From Roseibacillus sp. (GTDB taxonomy: Bacteria > Verrucomicrobiota > Verrucomicrobiia > Verrucomicrobiales > Akkermansiaceae): a DNA stretch of 64,000 nucleotides. Positions 18,079 to 27,544 of this stretch are shown here, in pieces. Positions within the stretch are counted from its first letter, which is position 1. Every line of letters starts with the position of its first letter. The position numbers and the translations under genes are program-made. The stretch lies in the NCBI GenBank assembly GCA_965242925.1, contig CBDEUM010000014.1, forward strand, positions 96,001-160,000, read 5' to 3'. Under the pieces are notes generated by a model that was not told where the DNA came from, did no database searches, and worked only from the letters and a program-made list of their open reading frames with translations.

Positions 18079-21000
18079 ATGATTGCTGCAACTCGCCGCG
18101 CCCTCCTGTCGCTCACGATTATCGTCGTGGGCCTGACCGCTGCCGTACAGGCCGACCTCCTGCGTTACCGGACTGCGATCAGGAGCTTGGCCGAGGGACA
18201 GGCGAATTTCCGAACGGTCGAGGCCCTCCCCGCCCGGGATGCCACAAACCCCGCCCGTGCATTTGCCGGAGGATCATTCACCGGACGATTCAGAATCGGA
18301 TTCGATCCCACTATCACCGTGTCGAGTCTGAATGAGCAGGACGGCAACCTCGTTGGGTTCACTCGCAGCCTGGACAACAAGGACTGGAACGTCGATTGGG
18401 TCCTCTCTGTCGGATGTGAACCGGGGAACGCCGTCATCAATGACGTCGCCATCCGGCCCGATGGGCTGTTGCTGGCAGGCGGCACCTTTGAGGACAAGGC
18501 CACCTTCGATCGGCGGCAGCAACCCCCCGTGGAACTCACCACGCCAGGCCGAGTGGCAAGTTTCATTGCCCTTGCCGACCCCTCGGGTGCCTGGATCGAC
18601 GCCTGGGTCATTCCCGGGATGGAGTTGCAGAGCATGGCTGTTGATGACGAAGGCGAGGTCTTCGTAACCGGGCCCGGCACCCTGGCTCGCCGCTACACTG
18701 CAAACCTTCAGGAGGTTTGGGATATCCAGCCCCCAGCAGGCATCCTCTCTCTTGATCATATCTCCGTAGGCATCGGCAGGAACCAACCGTTTGTCTATGT
18801 CCAGGGGACCTCGACCCGCCCGGGAGGCAATGATCAGGACGTCTTTGTGGTTCAGTTGGAGAAGCCCGCGGGAGTCAGGCGCTGGAACACCGTAATCAAT
18901 TCCCGGGGCGGCGAGGAACATGCGGGTGGAATCGGAGTCGGCCCCCTGGGCGACCTGCGGGTGGCAGTCTCCTCCGATGGCACTGATCTCTCGGTAGCCA
19001 ACAGCGTGGTCCGTGACAATCCCACCACGCCGGCTCGCCACGGATACCTCCTGTTTCTCGACGCGACCAGTGGCAAGCTCCTCAACGACCGGCTCCTCGG
19101 CAGGGCCACTGAGGCACAGGGCATTCTCGAAACGCACAATCTCGACATTGACTACGCTGGGAACACTTACGTCTCGGCAAGCTTCACGGGCTCCTACCAG
19201 TTCATCGGTCTCGATCAAAAGGGACAGGAAGACGCCGCGGTCGTAGTGGTGGATGCTCTGGGAGTCCCCATGCGATTCATGGATTCCAGCGGCGAGGCAC
19301 GGGCATCCGGTCTCGACGTGGCCGCCGCCGGCCGGGATCTCCAGGTTCTCGTGGGTGCTGTTCAGGGCACCACTGACGAGTTATTCGGGGAGAGTCCGGT
19401 CGCTGCATCACAGGACAACAAAGCCTATATCGCCGTCCTTGATAAACCGGATGACCAGCAGTCCTATCTCATCACTCCGCCTAATCCCGACCAGGGGCTG
19501 GGCCTTCTGGTTCAGGACATCAACCAGCTGGAAGGCGAAATCTATCGCATCATCGACAACCCCCAACTCAACATCCGCCTGGTATCCGCCTATCTCACCC
19601 CGGAACAAGTCAACAACCTCCAACAGCAGGGTGCCAGGGTGGAGCAGGATCGCGAACTGGTCCCTCCTGGCGTGGATGGCCTCCTGTGGGAGGAGCTGCA
19701 GAACGGTGAGCTGATCCTGGGCCTCCCGGACCTCCCGGACCTCCCGGACCTCCCGGACCTCCCGGACCTCCCGGACCTCCCGGACCTCCCGCAGAAAGGC
19801 CTCAACGGCGCGGGCCTCCCCGCTGGTTGGGCCCTCGAGACTCTCAACAAGGCTCCCAGCCCTCAAAACGAGGTCTATTGCTACCCCGAGACTTGCCGGG
19901 AAACATTACTCTACCTCATTGACACCGGAATTGACACCTCCAGCGGTGTTTTCGCCAGCAATCCCAATCTTGAAATCAGTGAGTCCATCGTGATCCGTGC
20001 AACGGGAGATCCCCTCGAGCCTCTCAGCGAGTATGATCCAACAATCTTCGAACACGGGACCGAGATGCTCAGCATGATCGCCGGGACCGGCTATGGGGCA
20101 GCCCAGGGAACACCCATCAAGGTGATTAACTATAACATCTATCCCGATGGCAATACTACCACCATCAGCGCACTCATCGAGGCAATCATCCGGGCCAGCA
20201 CCCACAAGAACCTCCACCACCCCTACGACCCCGCGGCCTTTTGTATCGCGAGTAGCGCGGACACGCCCGGGGCCAGCCCAGCCAGCCTGGAGAGCGCCAT
20301 CGACTCCACTCTCGACAATGTCTATGCCACCGTCCTCGTGTCGGCGGGCAACACCGACGGCCTGGCCTCGAATTACACCCCATCCGATCTCGGTAGTAAA
20401 AAGGGGGTGATTTGCGTGGGAGCCATCGATGCCAGCGCTCTGCCCCAGCAGGTCGAGAATACCCGCGGAGGCAAGGGGGTGGATCTCTGGGCCCCAGGTG
20501 AGATGGTGGCCGCTGCGGACGTAGACGGAAACCCCACCACCATGACCGGGACGAGCGCCTCCACCGCCCTCGCCACCGGGGCAGCCCTGATCTACCTCAG
20601 CGCCAATCCGGTCCTCACTCCCTCCCAGATTGAGTGTGCCATGGTCGACAGCGCACAGGAGGTCGTTCCGAGCCCGAAGAAGATCGTTCACGTCCCCGAT
20701 CCCACAGACGCTTCCGTGGCAAACGACCTCAATCACATGGTCTACGCAGACTGGGCCGCCTGGTATGAACTTGATCCGGAGGCAGGACCGGACGAGGACC
20801 CCGACAACGATGACTGGAGTAACGAGCAGGAGTATGTCTGGGGGTTCGACCCGCGAAGCCACAATTATGAAGCCTCTATCCTGACCATGGACTACGATCC
20901 GGATACCGGGACCGCCACCTTCGAGTTTCCCCTGTCCTGTTTCCTGTACCAGCCGTCAGCCCTCGCCAGTCCCTTCACCTTGCGGGACGGTTCCAGTCTG

Positions 21001-21165
21001 ACCATCGAACGAAGCGACGATCTCACTCCTGGACACTGGATCGACTGCACCAGCGAGGTCCTGAACCTGGATGAGGAGGGCCACGAAAGTAATGTCGTGA
21101 CCATCAGTTTCGACGTCGAGGCAACGAAATCCCGATGTTTCTACCGAATTCGTGTCCACCAGTAG
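18079..21165 (+). CDS. Secreted S8 (subtilase) serine protease with N-terminal beta-propeller, internal I9-like prodomain and (LPD)n linker
   Basis: Start ATG 18079 (MIAATRRALLSL...). Triad LIDTG, EHGTEM, MTGTSAST; oxyanion VSAGN; GVDLWAPG; C-terminal DPDNDDWSNEQEYVWGFDP module typical of verrucomicrobial exported proteins. Confidence 0.85.
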   Translation: MIAATRRALLSLTIIVVGLTAAVQADLLRYRTAIRSLAEGQANFRTVEALPARDATNPARAFAGGSFTGRFRIGFDPTITVSSLNEQDGNLVGFTRSLDNKDWNVDWVLSVGCEPGNAVINDVAIRPDGLLLAGGTFEDKATFDRRQQPPVELTTPGRVASFIALADPSGAWIDAWVIPGMELQSMAVDDEGEVFVTGPGTLARRYTANLQEVWDIQPPAGILSLDHISVGIGRNQPFVYVQGTSTRPGGNDQDVFVVQLEKPAGVRRWNTVINSRGGEEHAGGIGVGPLGDLRVAVSSDGTDLSVANSVVRDNPTTPARHGYLLFLDATSGKLLNDRLLGRATEAQGILETHNLDIDYAGNTYVSASFTGSYQFIGLDQKGQEDAAVVVVDALGVPMRFMDSSGEARASGLDVAAAGRDLQVLVGAVQGTTDELFGESPVAASQDNKAYIAVLDKPDDQQSYLITPPNPDQGLGLLVQDINQLEGEIYRIIDNPQLNIRLVSAYLTPEQVNNLQQQGARVEQDRELVPPGVDGLLWEELQNGELILGLPDLPDLPDLPDLPDLPDLPDLPQKGLNGAGLPAGWALETLNKAPSPQNEVYCYPETCRETLLYLIDTGIDTSSGVFASNPNLEISESIVIRATGDPLEPLSEYDPTIFEHGTEMLSMIAGTGYGAAQGTPIKVINYNIYPDGNTTTISALIEAIIRASTHKNLHHPYDPAAFCIASSADTPGASPASLESAIDSTLDNVYATVLVSAGNTDGLASNYTPSDLGSKKGVICVGAIDASALPQQVENTRGGKGVDLWAPGEMVAAADVDGNPTTMTGTSASTALATGAALIYLSANPVLTPSQIECAMVDSAQEVVPSPKKIVHVPDPTDASVANDLNHMVYADWAAWYELDPEAGPDEDPDNDDWSNEQEYVWGFDPRSHNYEASILTMDYDPDTGTATFEFPLSCFLYQPSALASPFTLRDGSSLTIERSDDLTPGHWIDCTSEVLNLDEEGHESNVVTISFDVEATKSRCFYRIRVHQ
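19722..19791 (+). repeat. Perfect in-frame 9-bp tandem repeat (cctcccgga)x7 + 7 bp
   Basis: Read directly from the sequence; encodes LPDLPDLPDLPDLPDLPDLPDLP. Confidence 0.97.
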
Positions 21166-21215
21166 GACCCTGCATCCGGGAAATCCTCGCGACGTTACGC
21201 AGGACACTCCCGGTG

Positions 21216-24152
21216 ATGATTGCGGTCCTGGCCACCCCTTACACCCTGGACGCACAGGCAGAGGAACCGCCCGGCGTGGAGGAGCTTCTCGCCCAGGGCC
21301 GGTTCGAGGAAGCCCTGCCCACTCTCGTCCGGTTGGAACAGGAATGGAGTCGGGAAGTCCACGACAACGACACGAAGGAGACTCGCCTGAATTGGGCTCT
21401 TTCTCTACAGGGCCGCGGGAGCGCGGAGGCCCGGCTCCAGCAATTTGACGCGGCTCTCGACCACCTCCGGCATGCACGCGACCTGGCCGTCGAGGGGCAA
21501 TTCGGCCCCGAGTTCCTGGCCGGGATCCTCGATGAACTCGGACGAACCGAGGGCAAGGCCGGCTCCTACGAGGAAGCCGGACAGTCCCTCCTCCAGGCCA
21601 TCGAGCAACACCGGAAACTCGATCCGGTCGACCGGGAACCATGGCTCTCTGCCAGCCAGAACCACCTGGGACTCGTCTACCTCACCACCGGTCGCTACGA
21701 GGAGGCGGGGCGAATTTTCCACGAAACCCTCGGCCAGGCTGGTGAGAACGAGGAAGCCCTTCGTTTCCAACACGAGTGCCTCGGCAGGTACTTTTACGTG
21801 ATGCGGAGCTACGCCAAGGCCGCCGAGCATCTCGAGGAGGCCCGGGAGCATGCCCTCGGCATCGAGGGCAGGAGAAAGGAGCACCCGGAGATCGTCAGTC
21901 TCACTGGTCAGATCGGCCTCGCGCTCCTGCGCCTCGGTCCTGAATCCCGCGATCTGGCCCGCCGCTACCTCCTGGAGGCGGCCAATCTCACCAGGGAACT
22001 GCAGAGCTCGCGGGTGAACCGCCTGGCCCTCGCTTCGCACCTCTCCAATCTCGGCTCCCTTGAACTGGAGGCTGAAGACAATGAGAAAGCCCGCGGACTC
22101 TTCCGGGAGGCACTCGGCATCTCCCGGGAGCTGCTGGGAGCCGACGCGCCCTCGCTGGCCCCCTACTACACCAACCTGGGCTTCGCGAACCAGCAACTGG
22201 GGGACTACCCGGAGGCCCGCAGGTCCTACCGAAGATCCGCGGATCTCTACCGCGCTTCCGTCGGCACCCGGCACCAGGCCTACGTCGAAGCTGAACTCAA
22301 CTATCTCGAGAGCCTCTTCCTCTCGACCTCCTCTACCGAAGAAACTGCGACCGAGACCAGGAAGCTCACCGCCCAGGCCCTCCAACTCTTCGATGACATC
22401 ATCGCCTTCGGCACCGAGCGCCAGCGTCTGAACTGGCTGCGCGAAAACCACCTTCTCACTCTTCCCTGCTCGCTGGGAAATGATCCCGCCTTCATTGCCG
22501 ACACCGTCCTGCGGACCAAGGCCCGCATTATCGACAGCCTCCTCTCCGAACAGCAGGACGCCGCCCGGGATCCCGAACTCAACCGGCTGAGCACCAGATT
22601 CGAGAGGAAACAGCGGGAACTCGACGACCTCCTCTTTCGCAATGAGGACCCGGACAAGATCAGCGCTGTCCACGAAGAGATCACCACCCTCGAAGGCAGG
22701 CTTCGAAGCGCCCGGCGCGGAGCAGCAGGAACCACCGTCAGGACCACCTGGAAAGATGTGCAGGATACCCTGCCGCCCGGAGCCGCCTTTGTCGACTACG
22801 TGCGCTACACCGACCTCACCAAGCCCGGAACAAGCAGCCTCTCCTACGGAGCGATCCTTATCCTGCCGGAAGGCGGGCCCAAGTGGATTCCCCTCGGCAC
22901 CGATAAGGATCTCACCATCTGGCTCGGCGTCCTCAAGGATCGCCTGCAATACCGCAGCTACCTCCTCAGTTCGACCGGTTCCGCCTCTCCTCCGGCCCTG
23001 CGCATGAGCTCTGCTCTCCACCGCCTGCACGACCTTTTCTGGGACCCGGTCGCCGCCCAGTTTCCCGAGGGAACGGACACGGTCGGAATCTCCCCGGATG
23101 CCGGCCTCAACTTCATCTCCTTCGCCGTCCTTCTCGACGACGAGGGACGATTCCTCGCCGAGAAATTCCAGCAGTTGGTTTACTACGCCAGCGCTCGGGA
23201 TCTCCTGCTCCGGAACGAGCGCCCCTCTTTGCAGGACGGTCCCTGGGCTGTCATTGCCGTGCCCGAGTTCGAAGAGCATGAGCAGGCGTCGGAGAGAGAA
23301 CGGGAGACGGCCGATGAGCTCAGCAAGATCGTACTGCAGAGTATCGAGGGCTTTGCCGACATCCCCGGGGTGCGGGAGGAAATGAAACTTCTCCGGAAGA
23401 TCATGCCGGCCCATTCCGGCGAAACCAGAATGATCAACGCCAACGAGGAAGATGTCCGCGGATTATCAGACAGCCCCGTTGTCCTTCACCTCGCCACCCA
23501 CGCTTTTCTCCTGCCTCCGGCGGAGGAAACAGCCTCCAACGAATTGCAGGACTACCACCAGGCACCCGATCACTTCTACCGCAGCGGCTTGGTCCTCACC
23601 GAGGCCAAGCGGGCCCACTCCGCCCGCGCCCGCGGTGTCGAAATCCCCTTCGACCGGGATGGCGTCCTCTTCTCCAATGAAGTAAAGAACCTCCCCCTCC
23701 GCAACACCCGTCTGGTCACCCTCTCCTCCTGCGATTCCGGCCTGGGTGAATCCGTGCGGGGCGATGGAGTGCTGGGACTCCGCCGGGGATTCACCCTCGC
23801 GGGCAGCTCCGCCATCCTCCTCAGCCTCTGGCCCGTTTCGGATGACAGCACTCCCGATTTCATGAAACACATGTACCAACTCTCTCTCGCCACCGACCGC
23901 ATCGGACAATCGCTCTGGGAAACCCAGCGACGCAGCCTGGCCGGGGTCGATCCTACCGACGATGCAGCCATGGAGGAAGCCGTCCTCCGCTATGGCTGCT
24001 TTGTCCTGTGCCAGCGTGGACCCCTGCAGACGGCGATCGAGATGCCGGAGATCAGGGAGCCCTCCAGGATCAGGTGGGCCCTCGCCCTGGCGGTGGCCGG
24101 CCTGCTCATCCTGGTGGCGACCAGAAAATGGAGAAAAAGCCAACCGGCATGA
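21216..24152 (+). CDS. TPR-CHAT (caspase-like) domain protein with C-terminal transmembrane anchor
   Basis: TPR-like repeats (NHLGLVYLTTGRYEEA, SNLGSL, TNLGFA), ISPDAGLNFISFAVL, VLHLATHA, LVTLSSCDSGLG, GLRRGF, LSLWPVSD, then WALALAVAGLLILVA-TRKWRK. Start uncertain (21135-21216). Confidence 0.88.
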   Translation: MIAVLATPYTLDAQAEEPPGVEELLAQGRFEEALPTLVRLEQEWSREVHDNDTKETRLNWALSLQGRGSAEARLQQFDAALDHLRHARDLAVEGQFGPEFLAGILDELGRTEGKAGSYEEAGQSLLQAIEQHRKLDPVDREPWLSASQNHLGLVYLTTGRYEEAGRIFHETLGQAGENEEALRFQHECLGRYFYVMRSYAKAAEHLEEAREHALGIEGRRKEHPEIVSLTGQIGLALLRLGPESRDLARRYLLEAANLTRELQSSRVNRLALASHLSNLGSLELEAEDNEKARGLFREALGISRELLGADAPSLAPYYTNLGFANQQLGDYPEARRSYRRSADLYRASVGTRHQAYVEAELNYLESLFLSTSSTEETATETRKLTAQALQLFDDIIAFGTERQRLNWLRENHLLTLPCSLGNDPAFIADTVLRTKARIIDSLLSEQQDAARDPELNRLSTRFERKQRELDDLLFRNEDPDKISAVHEEITTLEGRLRSARRGAAGTTVRTTWKDVQDTLPPGAAFVDYVRYTDLTKPGTSSLSYGAILILPEGGPKWIPLGTDKDLTIWLGVLKDRLQYRSYLLSSTGSASPPALRMSSALHRLHDLFWDPVAAQFPEGTDTVGISPDAGLNFISFAVLLDDEGRFLAEKFQQLVYYASARDLLLRNERPSLQDGPWAVIAVPEFEEHEQASERERETADELSKIVLQSIEGFADIPGVREEMKLLRKIMPAHSGETRMINANEEDVRGLSDSPVVLHLATHAFLLPPAEETASNELQDYHQAPDHFYRSGLVLTEAKRAHSARARGVEIPFDRDGVLFSNEVKNLPLRNTRLVTLSSCDSGLGESVRGDGVLGLRRGFTLAGSSAILLSLWPVSDDSTPDFMKHMYQLSLATDRIGQSLWETQRRSLAGVDPTDDAAMEEAVLRYGCFVLCQRGPLQTAIEMPEIREPSRIRWALALAVAGLLILVATRKWRKSQPA

Positions 24153-24238
24153 GGTGCGGGAAATTCGAATGCGGACCCCCGGTCCACGGCGACCAACCGG
24201 AACTTGAAACCTGAAACCGGAAGCAGGAGACTGCCGCC

Positions 24239-25096
24239 ATGTTCCGTCTCTATCGAACCGCTTCCGGAATCTACCTTGAACACGAAGGTGAGCAGCGTAC
24301 TGCCAGCCTCTCCCTCGACGACGTCTTCCGCGCACCCGAACCCGTCACCCTCCTCCAACAGGCCTGGGACGCCGGCACCGCCTCCACAGTTCACCCGGAA
24401 TCACGGACTGCTGCTCCCGATCCACTGCTTCCCCCTCTCGGTTCCCAGGAAGTCTGGGCCGCGGGAGTGACCTATTACCGCAGCCGCACCGCCCGCATGG
24501 AGGAGAGCGAACAGGCCGGGGGCGACCGGTTCTACGATCTTGTCTACGACGCCGAACGCCCCGAGCTCTTTTTCAAGGCCACCTCCCGCCGTGTTCGGGG
24601 GCCCGGCGAAGCCGTCGGAATCCGCTCCGATTCAAACTGGGATGTCCCGGAACCGGAGCTCACCCTCGCCATTAACCGCGATGGCCAGGTCTTCGGAGCC
24701 ACCGTCGGCAACGACATGAGTTCGCGCTCCATCGAAGGGGAGAACCCCCTCTACCTCCCCCAGGCCAAGGTCTACACCGGCTCGACCGCTCTCGGCCCCT
24801 GCCTCCTCGTCGGCAGCCTTCCCGGACCAGAGGACGAGATCGTGCTCAGCATTTCGAGGGACGGCGACGAGGTCTTCAGGGGATCAACCGCCCTCTCACA
24901 ACTCAAGCGCAGCTATGATGAACTGGCTGACTTCCTCTTCCGTGAGAACGATTTTCCCGACGGAGCCTTCCTCATGACCGGGACCGGCATCGTCCCCGAT
25001 CATCCTTTCACGCTCCGGACGGGCGATGTCGTCCGGATCTCGATCGACGGAATCGGGACCTTGGAGAACCCGGTTGCCCTCGCCAACACCCTTTAA
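24239..25096 (+). CDS. Fumarylacetoacetate hydrolase family protein, 2-keto-3-deoxy-pentonate dehydratase (XylX/KdaD)-like
   Basis: [56 protein letters not shown]; aggag RBS; next to a xylonate dehydratase. Confidence 0.8.
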   Translation: MFRLYRTASGIYLEHEGEQRTASLSLDDVFRAPEPVTLLQQAWDAGTASTVHPESRTAAPDPLLPPLGSQEVWAAGVTYYRSRTARMEESEQAGGDRFYDLVYDAERPELFFKATSRRVRGPGEAVGIRSDSNWDVPEPELTLAINRDGQVFGATVGNDMSSRSIEGENPLYLPQAKVYTGSTALGPCLLVGSLPGPEDEIVLSISRDGDEVFRGSTALSQLKRSYDELADFLFRENDFPDGAFLMTGTGIVPDHPFTLRTGDVVRISIDGIGTLENPVALANTL

Positions 25097-25334
25097 TCAT
25101 GAAGGGTAGAGATGGGTGGCTATTTGTCAGCCATTCGTGCACATTAGGGCCGGAGGCCCCACCACTTGGCTTCGTCACCGTGAAGACCGGGTGGAGGGGC
25201 ACAAATCCTCCCCCCACAGATCCATCACATTCCCCAGGAGGATTCACCACTCCGACCTTGCCGTGACGAGGCGAGGCAGAAACAAGGCCTTCTCGCTTTC
25301 AACTTCCTTACCTTCGACTTGCCGACTCTTTTCC

Positions 25335-27239
25335 ATGCCCCATCCCATCCTTGATTCCTCCTCGGCGGATATTTTCACCATCCGGACCACCGCCTCCGGT
25401 CCCACGGGGGCACTTCCCTTCACCGGATCATTCCTGCAGGACTCTCCAAGCGGGGATGTTTTCGGTTGGACGCAGGACGCCGGAATGGGATGGGACCCCT
25501 CCGAGCTGGGCAGTCCCGAATTCCTCATGCTCTCTACCTCGGGAGGCATCCGCAATCCCGACGGCACCCCCGTCGCACTCGGCCTGCATACCGGGCACTG
25601 GGAAGTGTCCCTGCTCATGGAAGAGGCTGCAGGTGTCTTCAAGGCCAACGGCGCAGTCCCCTTCGCGGTCTTCTGCAGCGATCCCTGCGACGGTCGCTCG
25701 CAGGGCACAACCGGCATGTTCGATTCCCTTGCCTATCGCAATGACGCCGCGACTGTTCTGCGGCGCCTCACCCGCTCGCTGCCCACCGCCAGGGGCATGA
25801 TGGGAGTGGCAACCTGCGACAAGGGCCTGCCCGCCATGATGATGGCCCTGGCTGGAAATGGCCATCTGCCCGGAATCCTCGTCCCCGGTGGGGTGACCCT
25901 GCTCTCCGAGGAGGGAGAAGACCTTGCCAAGGTGCAGTCGGTGGGCGCTCGTTTCGCACACAGCGAAATCGATCTCCAGACGGCCTCCGAGACCGCCTGC
26001 CGGTCGTGCGGGTCACCGGGCGGAGGCTGCCAGTTCCTGGGAACGGCCGCCACCACCCAGGTGGTGGCTGAAGCGCTGGGCATGACCCTCCCCCACGCCG
26101 CTCTCGCACCCAGCGGATCGAACGCCTGGCGCGACATGGCCCGCCGCTCTGCCCTCGCTCTGATGGAGATGACCCGCAACAGGATTCCGCTGTCCTCCAT
26201 CCTGACCGAGGCCTCCCTCCACAACGCCCTCGTCCTGCACGCCGCCTTCGGTGGATCGACCAACCTCATCCTCCACATTCCCGCCATTGCTCATGCCGCA
26301 GGCTTGCCCAGGCCCAACGTGGACGACTGGCAACGCATCAACCGGAAAGTACCGCGCCTTGTGGACGCCCTGCCCAACGGTCCCCACGGCTACGCCACCG
26401 TGCAGGTGTTCCTCGCCGGGGGAGTCCCCGAGGTCATGCTCCACCTCCGCGATCACGGACTGCTCGAACTCGATGCGCCCACCGTGTCGGGGCAGACCAT
26501 CGGAGAGAACCTGGCCTGGTGGGAACAGTCTGAACGCCGCCGCCTCTTCCGGGACAAGCTGACCGCTCTCGACGGAATCGATCCCCACGATGTCATCCGG
26601 CCCCCGGAGGATGCCTTTCCCAGCACGGTCACCTTCATCCAGGGCAACCTCGTTCCCGATGGAGCAGTGGTGAAGAGCACCGCCATCGATCCCGATCTGC
26701 TGGACGACGAGGGGATCTTTCTCCACGAGGGACCGGCCCGCGTCTTCGTCTCCGAGGAAGCCGCCATCGCGGCCTTGAAATCAACGGGTGATGACCGGGT
26801 GCAGGGGGGCGAAGTGCTCGTCCTCGCCGGACTCGGTCCCCTCGGGGCCGGCATGCCGGAGACCTACCAGGTCACCTCCACCCTCCGTTATGCCTCGGTC
26901 GGGAAAAACCTGGCCGTCCTCACCGATGCCCGCTTCTCCGGGGTTTCCACCGGTCCCTGCCTCGGACATGCCTCGCCGGAGGCCCTCGCCGGAGGTCCCT
27001 TGGGCAAGCTCCGCGATGGAGATCCCATCCGGATTCACATCGACACCCGGAAGCTGGTGGGCACCGCTGAATTTGTCGGCGACCTCGAGAAATTCCTCGA
27101 CCGGCCTATTCATCCCGACCTCGCCCCCGATCCCCGTCTTCCCGATGACACGAGACTCTGGGCCGCTCTCCAGAACGCCTCAGGCGGTTCCTGGGGCGGC
27201 TGCGTCTATGACGTGGACGAGATTATCAAGCGCCTCTGA
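25335..27239 (+). CDS. yjhG: YjhG/YagF family D-xylonate dehydratase (IlvD/Edd family)
   Basis: [78 protein letters not shown]. Start reassigned to ATG 25335. Confidence 0.85.
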   Translation: MPHPILDSSSADIFTIRTTASGPTGALPFTGSFLQDSPSGDVFGWTQDAGMGWDPSELGSPEFLMLSTSGGIRNPDGTPVALGLHTGHWEVSLLMEEAAGVFKANGAVPFAVFCSDPCDGRSQGTTGMFDSLAYRNDAATVLRRLTRSLPTARGMMGVATCDKGLPAMMMALAGNGHLPGILVPGGVTLLSEEGEDLAKVQSVGARFAHSEIDLQTASETACRSCGSPGGGCQFLGTAATTQVVAEALGMTLPHAALAPSGSNAWRDMARRSALALMEMTRNRIPLSSILTEASLHNALVLHAAFGGSTNLILHIPAIAHAAGLPRPNVDDWQRINRKVPRLVDALPNGPHGYATVQVFLAGGVPEVMLHLRDHGLLELDAPTVSGQTIGENLAWWEQSERRRLFRDKLTALDGIDPHDVIRPPEDAFPSTVTFIQGNLVPDGAVVKSTAIDPDLLDDEGIFLHEGPARVFVSEEAAIAALKSTGDDRVQGGEVLVLAGLGPLGAGMPETYQVTSTLRYASVGKNLAVLTDARFSGVSTGPCLGHASPEALAGGPLGKLRDGDPIRIHIDTRKLVGTAEFVGDLEKFLDRPIHPDLAPDPRLPDDTRLWAALQNASGGSWGGCVYDVDEIIKRL

Positions 27240-27271
27240 GCGACAACCCGGACAGGCGGCAGCCCGGGCAA

Positions 27272-27529
27272 TCATTTGCCATCGGTCCCGGCAGGCCGAT
27301 AGAACCAACTGGGAAAGGGCGCACTCTTCCAACCATCGATCCTGCGGTGATGGAACTGCCGTCCCCGGTCCTCCAGCAGCGGAATGGACATCCCTGCCGT
27401 CGCCGCCAACTGGGCAAAGAGACGCTTGTTCATCTCCTCCACCTCCACGGCCGTCACATCCCCGGGAATGAGCACGAAGCCACCCAGGAGGCCGACAAAA
27501 ACCATGGAAATCCTGTAAGTTGAACGCAT
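27272..27529 (-). pseudogene. 85-aa ORF: signal peptide fused to a sulfatase-like C-terminal tail (probable internal deletion)
   Basis: Signal MRSTYRISMVFVGLLGGFVLIPGDVTA, then EEMNKRLFAQLAATAGMSIPLLEDRGRQ..., which resembles from memory the tail of a PVC sulfatase subfamily. gtggag-gtggag direct repeat at the junction. Confidence 0.45.
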
Positions 27530-27544
27530 ATCCGGACCAAATCC

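Noticed and set aside
19722..19791. CRISPR array
   Set aside because: Spacerless 9-bp coding tandem repeat; no cas genes or repeat-spacer structure seen in the window.
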